The notes below the pieces were generated by a model. That model did no database searches. It worked only from the letters and a program-made list of their open reading frames with translations, and was not told the origin of the DNA. Positions 11,918-24,093 of a stretch of DNA of 64,000 nt are shown piece after piece; the stretch's first letter is position 1; every line of letters starts with the position of its first letter. The position numbers were made by a program, and so were the translations under genes. The stretch is from Octopus sinensis (lineage: Eukaryota), in assembly GCF_006345805.1 (NCBI RefSeq), contig NC_043002.1:49538001-49602000 (forward strand), written 5' to 3'.

Positions 11918-12123
11918 ATCTATATGTTTGTGTGTCTGTGTCCCCCACCATCGCTTGACAACCAATGTTGGTGTGTTTAAGTCCCCGTAACTTAGCAGTT
12001 CGGCAAAAGAGACTGATAGAATAAGTACTAGGATTACAAAGAATAAGTCCTGGGGTTGATTTGTTTGACTAAAATGGCGATGCTCCAGCATGGCTGCAGT
12101 CAGATGACTAAAGCAAATAAAAG
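11716..12123 (+). mobile_element. Bipartite tRNA/CORE-like SINE, family B
   Basis: GGCGCAGGAGTGGCTGTGTGG head, GGTTCAGTCC B-box, GGCACCTTGGGCAAG CORE-like motif, (TA)n(TG)n spacer, second half ending TGACTGAAACAAGTAAAAG. Confidence 0.85.
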
Positions 12124-12413
12124 AATAATTGTTTCTAAAGATTCTGCCATCACACTGCCTAATAATAATAAAAATAATAATAATAATAATTCTTATCTTT
12201 TCAAATTTTGGAACAAGGCCAACAGTTTTAAGTTAAATACCAGTTGAACATTAGAGTCAATTACAGTGACTCTAATGCTCAAATGGTATTTAATTAATAG
12301 ACCCCAAAAGCGGAATCAACCCCAACAGAATTTTAATTCAGAACATAAAGAGTCACGAGAAATACCACTAAGAATTTTGCCCAGCAAGCTAAATATTCAA
12401 CGAGCTCACTGCC

Positions 12414-12637
12414 GGCGAGCTGGCAGAACCGTTAGCATGCCGGGTGAAATGCGTAGCCGTATTTCGTCTGCCGTTACGTTCTGAGTTCAAATTCCGCCGA
12501 GGTCGACTTTGCCTTTCATCCTTTTGGGGGTCGATAAGTACCAATTACGCACTGGGGTCGATGTAATTGACTTAATCCGTTTATCTGTCCTTGTTTGTCC
12601 CCTCTATGTTTAGCCCCTTGTGGGTAATAAAGAAACA
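12414..12637 (+). mobile_element. SINE family A
   Basis: Near-identical to 5189-5420. Confidence 0.85.
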
Positions 12638-14015
12638 AATAATAATAACAATAATAATCCTTTCTATTATAGGCACAAGGCCAAAAATTTTGTGGGAAGG
12701 AGGTTTGTCAATTATATTGACCCCAGTGCTCAACTGGTACTTATTTTATTGATCCCAAATGGATAAGAGATAATGTCAGCCTCGGCAGAATTTGAACTCT
12801 GAACATAAAGATGCTTAGTGAAATGTCGCTAAGCATTTTGTCCTGCATGCTAACAATTCCGCCAGCTTGCCACCTCAATGATAATAAATAAACAAGGGGA
12901 TTTTTTTTGCTTTCGTTATTGCCCTTGTAGTAACAAATATATGATGGATTTCCTTTCTAAATATTGTAGAGTTTACAGAGGCAGAGTGAGAAGGAGAGGG
13001 TTATGTGGAGGTTAGAGACACAGTGGACATGTAAAAGTGGGGTGTGTGAAAGGAAAGAAGGACGTAAAAAGAGAAAGAAAGACAAGATTACAAGAGCAAT
13101 CTGCTCTTGGAAAGGAAACAGATAATTCTAAACAAAGTATGTATGTATCTGCAAATAACTGCTTTTGTGTGTATGTGTATATATATATATATATATATAT
13201 TTAATGAACCTATGTGTGTATGTGTATTGACAAGTAGCCATAACCTTTCAGATAGTATGAAGCCCATATTTAATGTGGATAGGAAAATGAGGTGTAACAT
13301 TCATGCCTGGGCTGAACGTAATTGTTTTAGGGATACAGAGCAGAGAACTGTGCGTGTATGTGTTTGTATGTGTGTGTATATGTGGTGATTACATTCATAT
13401 ATCCATGAGATTGTTTACAATGAAACATTGTGTGTGTGTGTGCTGGCCACACACATGCACAGACACACACTCATGTATATACACACACATACACATGTAG
13501 AGGTTACACATGCGAAAAGGAGGTTGAGCGAGGTGTGAGGTACAAGTGAACCTATGTACTCGAGGGAAAGAAAGTGTGATGTGCACATGGTGAAGGAGAT
13601 ACAAGGTGTCAGAGTGTCTTAATAAATGTGTTTACATGAACTGAATCTACTTGTTAAACTATTGTAAATAGAGGGTATGGCTGTGACAGTTACATTACAG
13701 TGGAGGTGTCGATGGTGGTGGAGGTCGAGTGACTGTCCAATACGGGGTGGTGGGTGTAATGGTAGTAGCTTCTGTGCTGAAGTAATGCCAGTCCACATAC
13801 TGGGGTGATTTACTCTCTCTAATCTTGGTCGTAGTATTGCAGGTGCAGGTACAGCTGTGTGGTTAAGAAGATTGTTTAGCAACCACCTGGTTTCAGGTTC
13901 AGTCCTCCCCTGTACAGTCACCTTGGGCAAGTGTTTTCTACTTATAGCTCCAGCTGGTAAACAGAAACTGTGTGGAAGCCTGTGTTGTATGTGTGTATAC
14001 ATACATATATATAAA

Positions 14016-14336
14016 GGCGCATGGCTTAGTGGTTAGGGTATTTGGCTCATGGTTGCAAGGTTGTGAGTTCAATTCCCCGCAACACATTGCATCCTTGAGC
14101 AAGGCATTTTATTTCACATTGTTCCAGTCCACTCAGCTGGCAAAAATGAGTAGTGCCTGTATTTCAAAGGACCAGCTTTGTCACACTTCGTCTCATGCTG
14201 AATCTCCCTGAGTGCTATGTTAAGGGTAGACATGTCTATGGAGTGCTCAGCCACATGCACATTAATTTCATGAGCAGGCTGTTCCATTGGTCGGATCAAC
14301 CAGAATCCTGACCATCGTAATCACTGGCGTGCTAGT
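14016..14336 (+). mobile_element. tRNA/CORE-like SINE, family D
   Basis: GGCGCATGGCTTAGTGGTTAG head, GAGTTCAATTCC, CCTTGAGCAAG; homologous copy at 29446-29750. Confidence 0.75.
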
Positions 14337-14349
14337 GTGTGTGTGTGTG

Positions 14350-14384
<35 letters not shown>

Positions 14385-14646
14385 TTAAAGAAATTTGTTG
14401 TGTGAGAAGGTACAAAGTAAACTAGAAAAAGAAAACAAAACATTTTCCTTTTCTAGTTTACTTTGTACCTTCTTGCATTGTTCCAGCCTTACACAACAAA
14501 TCACTCTAAAGTTATACCACAATGCTTCACCAAAACCATTTCATTATATGTATATGTGTATGTATGTGTGTGTGTATGTATATATATATATATATATATA
14601 TGTGTGAGTATATGTATATGTATGTGTGTGTGTGTACGTATATATA

Positions 14647-14865
14647 CAGGGTTGGCCAAAGTCACCTGAGAGTAAATCAAACTTCCATAAATACTTTATA
14701 TCCAATTCTATTTATTCATTCCAATTATGAATATTTAATAATTGAATGCTGTGAGTTAAAAATCACTGTTTTTTTTCTCAATGTGTATCTATTCATTAGC
14801 AGTCTCAGAAAAAATATTTTTTAATTTCAATCTTGGAATTAAATGGTTTTGATTTACTGTCAGCT
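14647..14865. mobile_element. Tc1/mariner-like MITE with truncated right end
   Basis: TA-CAGGGTTGGCCAAAGTCACCTGAGAGTAAATCAAA at left; partial inverse TTTTGATTTACTGTCAGCTG at right. Confidence 0.5.
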
Positions 14866-14881
14866 GTATGTATGTGAGTAA

Positions 14882-14912
<31 letters not shown>

Positions 14913-15055
14913 AAGCAATAAAGATTCAAGTCAATTTTAATGAATTTACTTGAATATGGTACCTAACTTAGATGCACCAAAAAACTATACGGTTTTAACC
15001 ATACAGTAATGTGGGGTGATTATAAGCGAGAAAGAAGCAACAAGAATGGATAAGT

Positions 15056-15146
15056 TTTTAGTACAATCGTTTCATACAAAGACAGGCTTTATTAAAAGTT
15101 GCAAAAATTGCAGCATATAAACGTGTCCCGTACTCATCAGCTAAAA
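15056..15146 (-). ncRNA. Type I hammerhead ribozyme (mirror copy, tsh-sense strand)
   Basis: Exact reverse complement of 15547-15637. Confidence 0.75.
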
Positions 15147-15546
15147 TACATGTGAGTTCTCTAGACATCTTAGTGGTTGAGGCTATACTCATGAAGTAAT
15201 GTAGATAATTAAGTAACATAAACAGATTTCCAAAGTTCATTAAAGTTCTTTAAAGATGATGCACAGTCTTATCACAGATTTTTAAAAAAGTTTTAATAGC
15301 ATCACAGAGAAGGTGACTTAATCCATAGTGTACATATGAATTTCTCTGGAAATTCATATGTACACTATGGATTAAGTCACCTTCTCTGTGATGCTATTAA
15401 AACTTTTTTAAAAATCTGTGATAAGACTGTGCATCATCTTTAAAGAACTTTAATGAACTTTGGAAATCTGTTTATGTTACTTAATTATCTACATTACTTC
15501 ATGAGTATAGCCTCAACCACTAAGATGTCTAGAGAACTCACATGTA

Positions 15547-15637
15547 TTTTAGCTGATGAGTACGGGACACGTTTATATGCTGCAATTTTTGCAACTTTTA
15601 ATAAAGCCTGTCTTTGTATGAAACGATTGTACTAAAA
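15547..15637 (+). ncRNA. Type I hammerhead ribozyme with extended stem II
   Basis: Stem I TTTTAG (15547-52)/CTAAAA (15632-37); core CTGATGA (15553-59); stem II GTAC-GGGACA.../...TGTCTTT-GTAT; GAAAC (15620-24); stem III ACGATTGT; GUA cleavage triplet (15629-31). Confidence 0.75.
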
Positions 15638-17028
15638 ACTTATCCATTCTTGTTGCTTCTTTCTCGCATATATATATATATATAGACACAAGCATGGATG
15701 TGTAATAGGAACTTTGCTTCTCAAACAAACCCAGGCAACATCATGTAATAATTGTAAATGATTGTCACTGTGAAATAAATAGTGTCATTTGTTTCCAATA
15801 TGCTGAGAAACAATGTCTGGCCTTGGAGAAATATTACCTAGCTTGGAAACAGGTTAGAGTTGGTGATAGTAAAGGCATCCAACTGTTGAAAATCTGCCTT
15901 AATAAACCTTGTCCAATCCATGCAAGCATGGAAAAGTGTTTGTTAAATTGTTGACATTCATCATCATCATCATTATTTAGCATCCGCTTTCCATGCTAGC
16001 ATGGGTTGGATGGCTCAACTGGGGTCTGGGAAGCCAGAAGGCTGCACCAGGCCCAGTCTGATCTGGCAATGTTTCTACGGCTGGATGCCCTTCCTAACGC
16101 CAACCACTCCATGAGTGTAGTGGGTGCTTTTTACATGCCACCGGCACAGGTGCCAGACGGGGCTGGCAAATCTTCCTCAACAAATTACATCTGACCTATG
16201 CAAGCATAGAAAAGTGACCATTGAACTATGATGATAATGATCTACAAGTTTCAAATAAAGCTTAATATACACACATATGTATAAAGTGGCTTTACCAGTG
16301 CTTATAGGAAGTATCAGAAGATCTTATGTAGCCTATGAGTTTCTTGAAATGATGGCATGGTGCATGGCTATGTAGTTAACAAGTTTGGTTTCCAACTATG
16401 TGGCCTTCAGTTCAACCCCACTGTGTGGCACCTTGACCAAGTGTCTTCTTCTATAGGCCAGCAAAAACACTGAGTGTGAAGTTGGTAGATGGAAATTGAA
16501 AGAAGCCCATTTTATATATGTATATGTCTGAGTGTCTGTCTGTGTCCACTCCACCTGACAACTAATGTTGGTTTGTTTACATCCCTGTGACTTCTGCAAA
16601 AAAAATGATTAGACCAAGTACCAGGCCTAAAAAATAGTATAAGTACTGTGCTCCAGCATGGCCAGAGTCAAATGACTGAAACGAGTAAAAGATAATGATA
16701 TCACATTAGTGCAGACTCAAACATTCAATTTTATTGTACCTCTTCACATCCCCAATTGTTAAAAACCTTTAAAAAGGCAGAATCAGACCCTTGTGGATTT
16801 GAACTATTTATGTGTATATGTTTTTGTGTCTGTGTTTCTCTCCACCTACCATAGCTTGGCAACTGATGTTGGTGTGTTTACATCCCCATAAGTTAGCAGT
16901 GCAGTAAAAGAGACCAATAGACTAAGTACTGGGGGTTGATTTCTTCAACTAAAATACCACCTTCAAGGTGGTGCTCCAGCATGGTCACAGTCAAATGACC
17001 GAAGCAAGTAAAAAAATAAAAGAATATA

Positions 17029-17411
17029 GGCGCAGGAGTGGCTGTGTGGTAAGTAGCTTACTTACCAACCACATGGTTCTGGGTTCAGTCCCATTGTGTG
17101 GCACCTTGGTCAAGTGTCTTCTGCTATAGTCTCGGGCCGACCAAAGCCTTGTGAGTGGATTTGGTGAACAGAAACTGAAAGAAGCCCATCGTATATAAGT
17201 ATATGTATATATAGGTGTGTCTGTGTTTGTTCCCCCAACATCGCTTGACAACCAATGCTGGTGTGTTTACGTCCCCGTAACTTAGCAGTTCGGCAAAAGA
17301 GACCGATAGAATAAGTACTAGGCTTACAAAGAATAAGTCCTGGGGTCTATTTGCTCGACTAAAGGTGGTGCTCCAGCATGGCTGCAGTCAAATGACTGAA
17401 ACAAGTAAAAG
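17029..17411 (+). mobile_element. SINE family B
   Basis: Full-length match to 11716-12123 and 31603-31993. Confidence 0.85.
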
Positions 17412-17462
17412 GGTACCATCATCATCAATATAACATTCATTTTCCATGCTGACATCAATGTG

Positions 17463-17496
<34 letters not shown>

Positions 17497-20300
17497 AACA
17501 TGCATTAGAAACATATGTCCTGTCATACTGTTATTGTATTCGTAATGCAGATTATTAATAGAATAAGTACCAGTTGAGTACTGAGGTCGATGTAATTGAC
17601 TACCCCCTCTTCCAAATTTCAGGCCTTGTGTCTATAGTAGAAAGGCTTATTATTGTCAGCAACAAGCTGGCAGAATTCTTAGCACCATTTCATCTGTCTT
17701 TACGTTCTGAGTTCAAATTCCACCGTGGTTGACTTCTTTGCCTTTCATCCATTCGGGGTCAATGAAGTAAGTACCAGTTATGCACTGGAGTTGATGAAAT
17801 CAACTAGTTCTCCTCCCCCAAATTTCAGGCTTTGTGTCTTTAGTAGGAAAGATTATTATTATTCGCAGTGAACTGGCAGAATTGTTAGTACAGAGGAGAA
17901 AATACTTAGCAGTATTTCATATCTTTATGTTCTGACTTCAAATTCTGCTGAGGTTGACTTTGACCTCTGTCATTTCGGGGTCAATAAAATAAGTACCAGT
18001 TTAGCACAGGGTTCCATATAAATCAACTAACTCTGTCCTCCAAATTTCAGACCTTGTGCCTATACAAGTAATTATCATTATTTCAAATTTAAGGTGGCAA
18101 CCTGGCAGATTTGTTACTGTGCTGGGCAAAATGCTTATTGGCATTTGGTCATTCAAAATTTGGCACTTGTATCATTGTACAAATGCCTGACCACATAATT
18201 ACATCTCAGTATTACGAACTAACAAAACACTTGTCAATTAAACTATGCTCCAACTTCTTACAGCAGTGGGACATATATTTACACATCATACTCGCTATGC
18301 AAAACAATTGTGTCTTAATAGAAAAACTTTAAGTTGTCTTAGCCACGGAGGATCAGATTACCTTCTATCTTTTACTTGTTTCAGAGATTGGGTTGTGGCC
18401 ATGCTGGGGCATCACATTGAAGTGTTTAGTCAAAAGAAACTGATTCCAGTGCTGAATTTTAAGCCCTGTATGTATTCCATTGGTCCCTTTGGTCAAACTG
18501 CTAAGTTATGAGGATGTAAACAAACCAGCATCAGTTGTCAAATATACTGAGGAACAAACATAGACAAGCATGATGGGCATGGTGTGTTTACGTTTCCATA
18601 ACTTAAGAGGTTCAACAGGAGCTCGATAGAATAAGTACCAAGATTTAAAAAAAAAGTACTGGGGGTTAATTCATTTGATTAAAAAAACTCAAAGGTGATG
18701 CCCCAGCATGGCCACAGTCTAATGGTTGAAACAAGTGAAAGATAAAAGATCAAAGAACGGCATTAACAAATAACATGTGGTGACGGTGGGGTCAATAAGG
18801 GAGCTTCTCTGAGGTGAATCGCCCTGCTAGAAAAAGCAGTCAAAGCTCCCTCAAATCTCACCCTAAAGTTTTAACAATTGAAGTACACAGGGAAAATAAA
18901 ACATCTGATGATGAGTCACTCAGTTAAAGCTGAGCTGGGGCTAAGACAGTTCCTTTACACCAGCATGAAACGTGGTCGCTTGATCTTTTGGAAATAGCAG
19001 CCAAATCTCCCTCAAACCACACCATACCATTTTAGAAAGGCGTGTGGGGTATGAGAGCAAACAGGAGAAAGTAAACTTGATATGATTGCATCTTATACAT
19101 TGACGAGATGGTCATGGCTAGAAAACCTTTGATCATGGGTCAGTATCAGTCAGGGTTGACCTGAAGTTACAGTACATATAAAAAAAATTATTATCTTTTG
19201 TTTAAGTAATTCGAGCTGCGGCCAAGCTGGGGCACCATCTCGAAGGATTTAGTGGAGCAAATCGGCCCCAGTACTTATTTTTTTAAAAATCTGATAGTTA
19301 TTCTATCAGTCTCATAAACTGAACCGCTAAGTAACGGGGACATAAACAAACCATCACCGATTGCCAAGCGGTATTGGAGGGCAAAACAGATTGACCTAAG
19401 ACACACGGACTCCGCCCCCCCCCGCCCGACACACACACAGTTTCCATCCACCAAATTCACTCACAAGGCATTGATCGGACAGGATTATAATAGGGGAAAA
19501 AAAAAAGACACTTGCCCAAGATGTCGCACAATGTGAGTGAAACTGAAACCACGTGGTTCTTAGTCACACAGCCATGTAGAATTTTAAAATATATGTTTAG
19601 GGGGATCAGAGAAAACTAGTGATAGTCTATGTTGATAAACATTCAGTTCATGAAACCAGTAAGAAAAAATATACATTTTAATATATATAAAGTGTTTATC
19701 GAAAGCGCACACACACAGCGATAGCTTTAGGTGAGTCATTAAAAGTTTTGAACGTAAATAAACACATGTAAAGCAAAAATTGTTTGCGTGTAACCACTTC
19801 ACACACACACACATCTTTACGTTGAGCGAACGATGGGGTCTTCATTATCAACGTTCAACCTACAGCTCCAATAAAAAAAAAAAAACAGGAAGAAAAAAAA
19901 GCAAGTGGAAAAGACACACGAGAATATAATGCTTTGATATATAAACTGCTAAGTTACGGGATCGTAAACAAACCAGCACCGACTGTCCATGCGGTGAGGA
20001 CACATACACAAAAACACACACACATCGATTTTCTGGAACGATTGGTTATACAGCCTTTTTTTTTTCCGAACCTTGGTCAATGCATTCTACATTACATACT
20101 AAATTCACTTACATACTTAAATGAAATACAGCTACCTGTATATTAGTGTAAATGATACGAGTTGATTGATATTGAACTGTGCAAGGTACTACCTAGTTAA
20201 TTAGTCCGGTGCCCGCGGGAATTTGGAGTTTCTGCTCGTAGATTAGTGCAGATAAGCGGATTACAAGAGGTTCCGGACATCAGTATCCAGAAAATCGGTG

Positions 20301-20331
<31 letters not shown>

Positions 20332-20390
20332 TTTTTTTGTTTCAGTCATTCGACAGTGACCATGCTGGAGCACCGCCATATATATATATA

Positions 20391-20661
20391 CCGGGTATTA
20401 CTTAAGAAGAATGGTCCTGGTGCGCGCACTCGCGCTAGCTAGTCGTGACTAGTCGATCCTACAACGACTACCTAGCAAAGTAAATAAACCACCAAAGTGA
20501 GGATCGACTAGTCGCGATAGTGATCGCAGTGGTCACTCTATGGCCGGCCATAACTTTTAAAATCCTAAAATGAGCAGGCATTGTTATATTTCGGTACGGT
20601 CATATTTTTACCACAGTGCGTGTGGTTAATTGGCAAACATATGACCATCCCCAAATATAAC
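20391..20661. other. CpG-rich, multi-hairpin element of unknown class
   Basis: GACTAGTCGATCCT (20447-60)/AGGATCGACTAGTC (20500-13); palindrome TATGGCCGGCCATA; GTTATATTT/AAATATAAC and GGTCATAT/ATATGACC stems (20583-20661). Confidence 0.45.
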
Positions 20662-21898
20662 AACAACACACACAAACACATGTATAAACCCCTTACTGGG
20701 CGGGTTGATCATTACCGGAACACGTTTTGATCATAGGTAGGGCTGACTTAACAGCTTTGTAGCCGTCGCTCCCACCTTCCGGGCAAAGCATTGCACTGGG
20801 GCCACTGCATAGACCGTCAGAGCATACATTAAGCCCCAGAGCCACGGGTCCCCCGAGCAGCTTGCTTTGTGCGGCCATGCCTTCACACAGCAATTATCGT
20901 AAGTGTGGTAGATAGACCAAGGGGCTAAGAACTACAACACTGGTTTGAAAGTATTTCTATGAGCATACCTTTTTTTTTCATTATTATTATTATTATTATT
21001 ATTGATTGTTACACATAGGTAAAATATTCTGGACGATACTGAATCGAAACAAAAACATGCTTACAGACTAAGTGGGGGTAGGACATGTTCGAACCTGCGA
21101 CAGGTTTATCTCTTAAATCACCGTTAAGCAAATTGTGAGTGAGTGAGTGTGTGTGTGTGCATACGAATGTATGTATAGGCAAGTATTGAAGTTATGTTAC
21201 GTGTTATGACAGTGTGTGCCAAAGAAAACAAACAAAACACACACATACACATACAAAGCAGGGGGGACGTTACATGTTACCGGCAGATGATAAGAGTAAA
21301 AATATCGTTGGTAAATAAACGTGAACTATCGAAAAAGAAAGAAGGAAAAAAAAAAGGGAAGCAAAATTTGAATAAGCGTGTAATACGAAGATCATGAATT
21401 ACTTCCCTTGTTATGATGTGCGATGATTCCGGCCAAATTTACACGAGTGCATGCGTTACGTTTAGCCTACTATATATTATATACACGCTGATAGATAGAT
21501 AGATAGATAGATATAGATATGTGTGTGTTGTGAAATAATGTGTCTTTAACATAAAAATGCATATTTTACATACAAGTACGTGTTGTACAGGCATTACAAA
21601 ATAGACACACATACGTGCGCCCACACGCAAAAATGTTTGCACATATACGCATGGATGTGTGTGTGTGTATATATAAAAAATATGCATGTATATATATATA
21701 TATATCCTTATATATAATATGCATGTATATATATATATATATATCCTTATATATAATATGCATGTATATATATATATGTATACACACACACACATAGACG
21801 TATATATATGTGTTTGTAAAAATATTTATACATACACATTTACGGGCACATTTACATGTACATATAGTTATACGCGTGTATATCTTATGTATACATAG

Positions 21899-21935
<37 letters not shown>

Positions 21936-22299
21936 AATATACGTTCTATGTATGTAAACACATTATATGTAAGTAATAAGTAATATAGTGTATATGTTAT
22001 ACATATAGACACACACAAAACACGACATGTATATACATATATAGAGAGTCAGAGACCGATAGTTTGATAGATATCTCGTAACAGTATAAGTAGATATAGA
22101 TATACAGAATATATATATATATATAATACACACGCACATAAATATTCACACATATTATACGAAATATTTACAAACATAAACAAAACAAATAAAAACGATG
22201 CTAATGATGATTACCGTTTAGTACATAAAGCAGTAGAGGTGATACTCGTAATATAAACAGTGTTAATAGTAGCAAGTAATGTTGCTGTTGTTGTTGTTA

Positions 22300-23431
22300 T
22301 TTTCTGTCTCCGTTAAATCTTACTCCAATGCCGTAGTATAATAATAATAATAATAAATTGGTTAATGCCGAGATTGCCCATGCAAACAGTACGGAAACGG
22401 GAACCCTGATTTTCCCATCCTTTTTACTCTTCTTATTCCCCGTATGAAAAGGGAGTTCCGCGGCCTACTGATAATTTTTTTCTTCTTCTTCCTTCTGTCA
22501 GTCTTGGTCCACCGCTAACAACAACAACAACAACAACATCACCGCCGCCGCTACCGCCACCACTGCGCTATCACGAGGTGATGGTTGTGGGGGAGATTTC
22601 TATGGTTCTGGTGGTGGTGGTGGTGGTGGTGTTTGTGACTAGCAATCTCCTCGTCCTCTTCCTCCTCTTTCTCCTCTCTACGGGACTGCTAATGATTGTT
22701 ATAGATATTGTGAAGGCCGTGCGTTATGGGTTGTCTTTTTTTTGTTTTCTTCTTGTTTTTTTTTTTGAGTGGCGAGGGCTTAAGGTTGTTGCTGGACCTT
22801 ATAATACATTTACATATAACACTATGCACACAGACAAGCACACAGTTCTCTTTTTACCATCACCTCTCTTTCTTTCTTGCTCTCTCTCGCTCTCTTTAAC
22901 ACGTTCTCTTGTCTCTGTCTCTTTCTTCCTGTTACATACACACATGTACAAATCGGGATGCGAGAGAGAGAGAGAGAAAGAGAAGAATATATAGCCTAAG
23001 GTAAATAACCTGCGAGACGAAAGCTGTAAGCAAATGATAGAGAGAAGGGGAGAAACGGTGAGGATGAGAGAAAGAGAGAGAGAAGAGGGAACTGAGAAGG
23101 GACTGTAAAAAAAAATACCAAAAGGTAATAATAAGTGTGTGGGGGAGGGTGAGATATATAGATATAGTGAGAGAGAGATCTAACTATATATCCATATATA
23201 CACACATGTATCTATCTATCTATCTATCTATTTATATCTAACTATATTTGTGCACACACGCCTCAGACACACACCTCACACACACGGATGTGTGTGTGAG
23301 GTGTGCGTTGTGTCAATCAGTGTCAAAGTCTGTGTGTGTTGTGTCAATCAGTCTCGCGCGCGCGCGCATCGTGTGTGCATTTGTGTGTGCGTGTGCGCGC
23401 GAGTACTCCCAACTAACTGTTATAACTGCAG

Positions 23432-23491
<60 letters not shown>

Positions 23492-23520
23492 CTCCACAAC
23501 TCGCATTTCGTAACGCCGCG
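22300..23520 (-). promoter_or_regulatory. Candidate promoter/5' UTR region of tsh
   Basis: Visibly CpG-rich relative to the window (e.g. CGCGCGCGCGC at 23355-23365), GA- and CAC-rich 5'UTR-like tracts, few SINEs, two TGTCAATCAG motifs. Confidence 0.4.
22324..22381 (-). CDS. Candidate short first coding exon of tsh (MGNLGINQFIIIIIILRHW + phase-1 donor)
   Basis: ATG at 22381 with an upstream in-frame TAA; donor TGGA|GTAAGA at 22324/22323, whose phase matches the acceptor at 3306. Not the MPRRKQ-type N-terminus seen in many TSHZ proteins. Confidence 0.3.
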
Positions 23521-24061
23521 CCGCCACTATTTTTTTTTTATCTTCCTCTTACTGCAGCTACTACTATTACTACTACTACTACTATTATTACTATCACCAC
23601 TACCATTTACCCACCCACCACCCTCCTATGAAAAGGCGGTGAGAGGGGAGCTGATTGCAGCCTCTCCCACCCCCACCACTACTACATTACACACAGTGAC
23701 ACACCCGCCCCCACAGCGCCCTTCACTACCTTAACAGCGGCACCCTCCCACCACACATCCCTCCCCCGACAACTTCTCTTTCACCCTGCATCGCCCTCCT
23801 CCTCCTCCTCCTCCTCCTTCCCCACCTCTGTAATTTCCTAAAGATAAGGATTGATAAATCACTTGCCATCTTCCATCCACAGATAATCAATCATTGCTTA
23901 CAGCCTGGCAGCAGTGGAGTGAGTGAGGTACGGGGCAGGGTGGTTGGGGGGGTAGAGCGTCAGTGGTCGTAGTGGGGGGTTGGGGTGGGAGTAGTGGTGA
24001 TAACTAGTAGTAGTAGTAGTGGTAGTACTGGCTTTGATAGTCATCATAGTCATGGTGACAA

Positions 24062-24093
<32 letters not shown>

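Larger units (their letters stand above)
14913..15667. mobile_element. Penelope-like insert in (TA)n containing a perfect 642-bp palindrome
   Basis: 15026-15344 is the exact reverse complement of 15349-15667 (319-bp arms, loop TCTG). (TA)n lies on both sides and each arm holds a hammerhead motif. Confidence 0.7.

Noticed and set aside
15058-15635. Two identical 60-aa ORFs as duplicated genes
   Set aside because: They are mirror products of the palindrome, with no recognisable domain.
20690-20890. Twister or HDV-like ribozyme in a GC-rich island
   Set aside because: A 7-bp CTGGGGC/GCCCCAG stem exists, but the conserved catalytic nucleotides could not be placed; more likely a retroelement fragment.
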